Origin: Felis catus
Lineage: Eukaryota
Direction: 5' to 3'
NCBI RefSeq assembly: GCF_018350175.1
Contig: NC_058383.1
Span: forward strand, 9,612,001 to 9,676,000
DNA length: 64,000 bases
Shown: piece by piece, positions 61,240 through 64,000 of the stretch
Numbering within the stretch: position 1 is the first letter of the stretch
How the letters are laid out: every line of letters begins with the position of its first letter
Program-made: the position numbers and the translations under genes
Notes under the pieces: model-generated
Told to the model about the DNA's origin: nothing
What the model saw: the letters and a program-made list of their open reading frames with translations, nothing else
The model's database searches: none

Positions 61240-61726
61240 AAATTCTAGATACAGTCCTTTGTCGAGAGAATGTTTTGGAAATATCTTTTCCATTCTGTGC
61301 CTTCCCTTTCATTTTTATAGCAGTCTTTTGAAGAACAAAAGTTTTAAATTTGGATGAAGTTCTATTTTTTTCCCCTTTTATACTTCATGCTTTTAAGAAA
61401 CTTTTGCCAAACCTAAGATCACTAAGATTTTTCTCTGATTTTCTTTTATAAGTTTTATAGTCTTAGTTTTTACACTTAGGTCTATGATCCATCTTGGGTT
61501 GATTTATGTATATGGTGTGAGGAAAGAACTGAGGTTTCTTTTTAAGTATTATTTTGGGGATGTCTGGATATCTCAGTCGGTTAAGTGTCCATTTCTTGAT
61601 TTTGACTCAGGTTATGATCACAGGGTCTTGAGATCGAGCTCTGTGGGAGGCTCCGTGCTGAGCTTGGAGCCTGCTTAGGATTCTCTCTCTCCCTCTTGCT
61701 CCTTCCTTCCCTACTCTTAGAAAAAA

Positions 61727-61765
<39 letters not shown>

Positions 61766-64000
61766 TTTATTTTCACATTTTGTTTTATTTTATTTGGCAT
61801 ATGGTTATCCAATTCTTTAAGTACTGTTTGTTAAAAAGATTATCTTTCTTCCACTGAACTGCCTTGCGCCTTTGTGGAAAATCAACTGACCATGTGTGCA
61901 TGGACCTATGTCTGGACTCTCTAATCTGTTCTGTTGATTGACGTGCCTGCCTTTTCACCAATACAACACTGTTTTGATTACTGTAGCCTTATAATAGGTC
62001 TTGATCATGTAACGTAAATCCTTGACATGTGTTCTTTTCCTTTCAGAGTTGTTTTAGATATTCTAGGTCCTTTACCTTTCTATAAAAATTTTTAGAATCA
62101 TTGTTAACAGTTTTTACAAAAAGCTTGCTGGAAATTTGATCAGAACTGCATTGAATCTACAGATTCAATCCACAGAAGAACTGGCATCTTAACGAAGTCG
62201 AAGTTTAGGTCCATGGACATGGTATATCACTTCATTACCCAAGTCTTTGCTTTTTCTCAGCAGTGTTTTATAGTTTCCAGTGTACATGTCTTTCATATCT
62301 TTTGTCAAATTTATCCTTAAGTAATCTCTATGCCCCACATGGGGCTCCAACTCACAACCCCGAGATCAAGAGTCACATGCTCCACCAACTGAGCCAACCA
62401 GGTGCCCCTAGGTACTTCCTATTTTCGATACCACTGTATCCGGTACCATTTTTAAATTTCAATTTCTGATTGTTAATTGCCGATGTACAGAAAAAACAAC
62501 TGAATTTTGTATATTGGCTCTGATTCTTGCAGCCTTGCTAAACTTACCTATTCACTCAACAAGAAGACAGCCTCCCAAATTTAAGGAGAAACATGATATT
62601 TGCATAGCCTCAAAGTATCTCCCCCAAATGTGGATCAATTACAAAGGGAAAAATAGTAACTTTACAGTGGAGAAGCATGGTAGATAACACCTTAACCAAG
62701 TGATTGAGATGAACAAAGTCAGTAATAAGACATATCAGGGGCACCTGGGTGACTCAGTCGGCTAAGCGTCCAACTTTGGCTCAGGTCATCTCATGGTTCA
62801 TGGGTTTGAGCCCTGTGTTGGCCTTTGTGCTGACAGCTCAGAGCCTGCTTCGGATTCTGCGTCTCCCTCTCTCTCTGCCCCTCCCCGGCTCGCGCTCTGT
62901 GTCTCTCTCTTTCAAAAATAAATAAACATTAAAATTTTTTTTAAAAAGGTAAGACATATCAACAGTATGTACCCCTGATAGAATGTGCTGAGAAGGGCAC
63001 ATCACCTCTGAGGGGTATTTTTTTTAAACACTTCTAAAAATGTTTTTATTTATTTTTGAGAGCAAGAGAGCATGAGCAAGGGAGGGGCAGAGAGAGAAGG
63101 GGACAGAGGATCCGAAGCAGGCTCCATACTGTCAACACAGAGCCAGATGTGGGGCTCCAGTTCATGAACCATGAGGTCATGACCTGAGCCAAAGTCGGAC
63201 ACGTAACCGACTGAGCCACCCAGACACCCCGGCCTCTGGAAATTCATAACATCAATCAAATCATGAGAAAATGTCAGGTAAGCCCAGATTGAGGGGGAGC
63301 CTACACAATATCAGGTCAGTACTATTCAAAAATGTTAGATTCATAAAGCACAAGAAAAGACTGAGGAGTTGTCACAGGCTGGAGGAGGCTAAGGAAACAT
63401 AAAAATTAAAGACAATAGAAAATCCTAGATGGATCCTAGAGCAGAATAAGGACATTAGTAGGTGGTGAAATCCAAATAAAGTCTGCAATTTAATTAGTAG
63501 TATTGTAGCAATGCTAATTTCTTAGTTTTATTAATTATACCATGGTTATGTAAGACATTAGCATCAAGCTGTGTAGGGTGCTAGGTGGAGGGTATGTGGA
63601 CACTCCCTATATTCCCTTGCAAAGTTTTTCTAAATCTATTCTTATTTCAATAAAAAGTGTTTGTTTTTTTTTTAATGGGCAAAAGATTTAAACAATCACC
63701 TTACCAGGAAGAATATACAGATGTCAAATAAGTGTCTGAAGAGACACTTAACTTCATTAGTTATTGGGGAAATGCAAATTTAAACACCAGTGAGATACCA
63801 CCGCATGCATGGCTAAAATTAAAAACACGGACCATATCAAGTGTTGACAAGGATGTGAAGCGACCAGGACTCTCGCACACTGATGGTGGGAATGTAAAGT
63901 GTTACAAGCATTTTGGGAAATGATGAGGCAGTTTCTTAAAAAGGTAAACATACATCTACCATACAACCCAGACATAACAATCCGAAGTATTTACCTAGGA
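61240..64000. mobile_element. Old L1 fragments (minus to about 62560, then plus-strand pieces) with SINE insertions
   Basis: Degenerate L1 motifs, e.g. CTGTTTTGATTACTGTAGC and GAAATGCAAATTTAAACACCA. Confidence 0.7.

Noticed and set aside
512..63259. Many recurring 60-80 aa ORFs (MAQSVK...SAQVMISRFVSSSP..., [23 protein letters not shown]...)
   Set aside because: These are translations of Can-SINEs, not a gene family.
40000..64000. HIP1 first exon or a third chemokine gene
   Set aside because: I found no CpG island, HIP1-like coding sequence or further CC/CXC exon pattern.

Overview
Mammalian genomic DNA from a felid (cat family), judged from the dense carnivore Can-SINEs, the young felid-type SINE subfamily and felid-type LINE-1. 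Two intact three-exon CC-chemokine genes lie in tandem on the + strand: CCL24/eotaxin-2 (CDS 4751-6302, 119 aa) and CCL26/eotaxin-3 (CDS 19200-21568, 94 aa). Each has a TATA box and STAT-type TTC(N3/N4)GAA sites. The equivalent human locus is 7q11.23, between RHBDD2/POR and HIP1; I recognised neither neighbour in this window. The rest is mostly repeats: dozens of SINEs, a full-length but inactivated L1 (24585-31890, minus) fused to a second L1 3' fragment, a 5'-truncated L1 with a 17-bp TSD, older L1/L2/MIR pieces and ERV/LTR remnants. The most notable non-routine observations are (i) a phase-consistent, spliced, minus-strand candidate gene at about 53.1-57.4 kb that could encode a small basic protein I cannot identify, (ii) an L1 3' transduction at 11.2-12.5 kb, (iii) a head-to-tail L1 dimer with junction microhomology, and an apparent conversion tract between inverted L1 copies, and (iv) an intergenic cluster of STAT sites between the two eotaxin genes. 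Repeat family names and boundaries are by eye and approximate.
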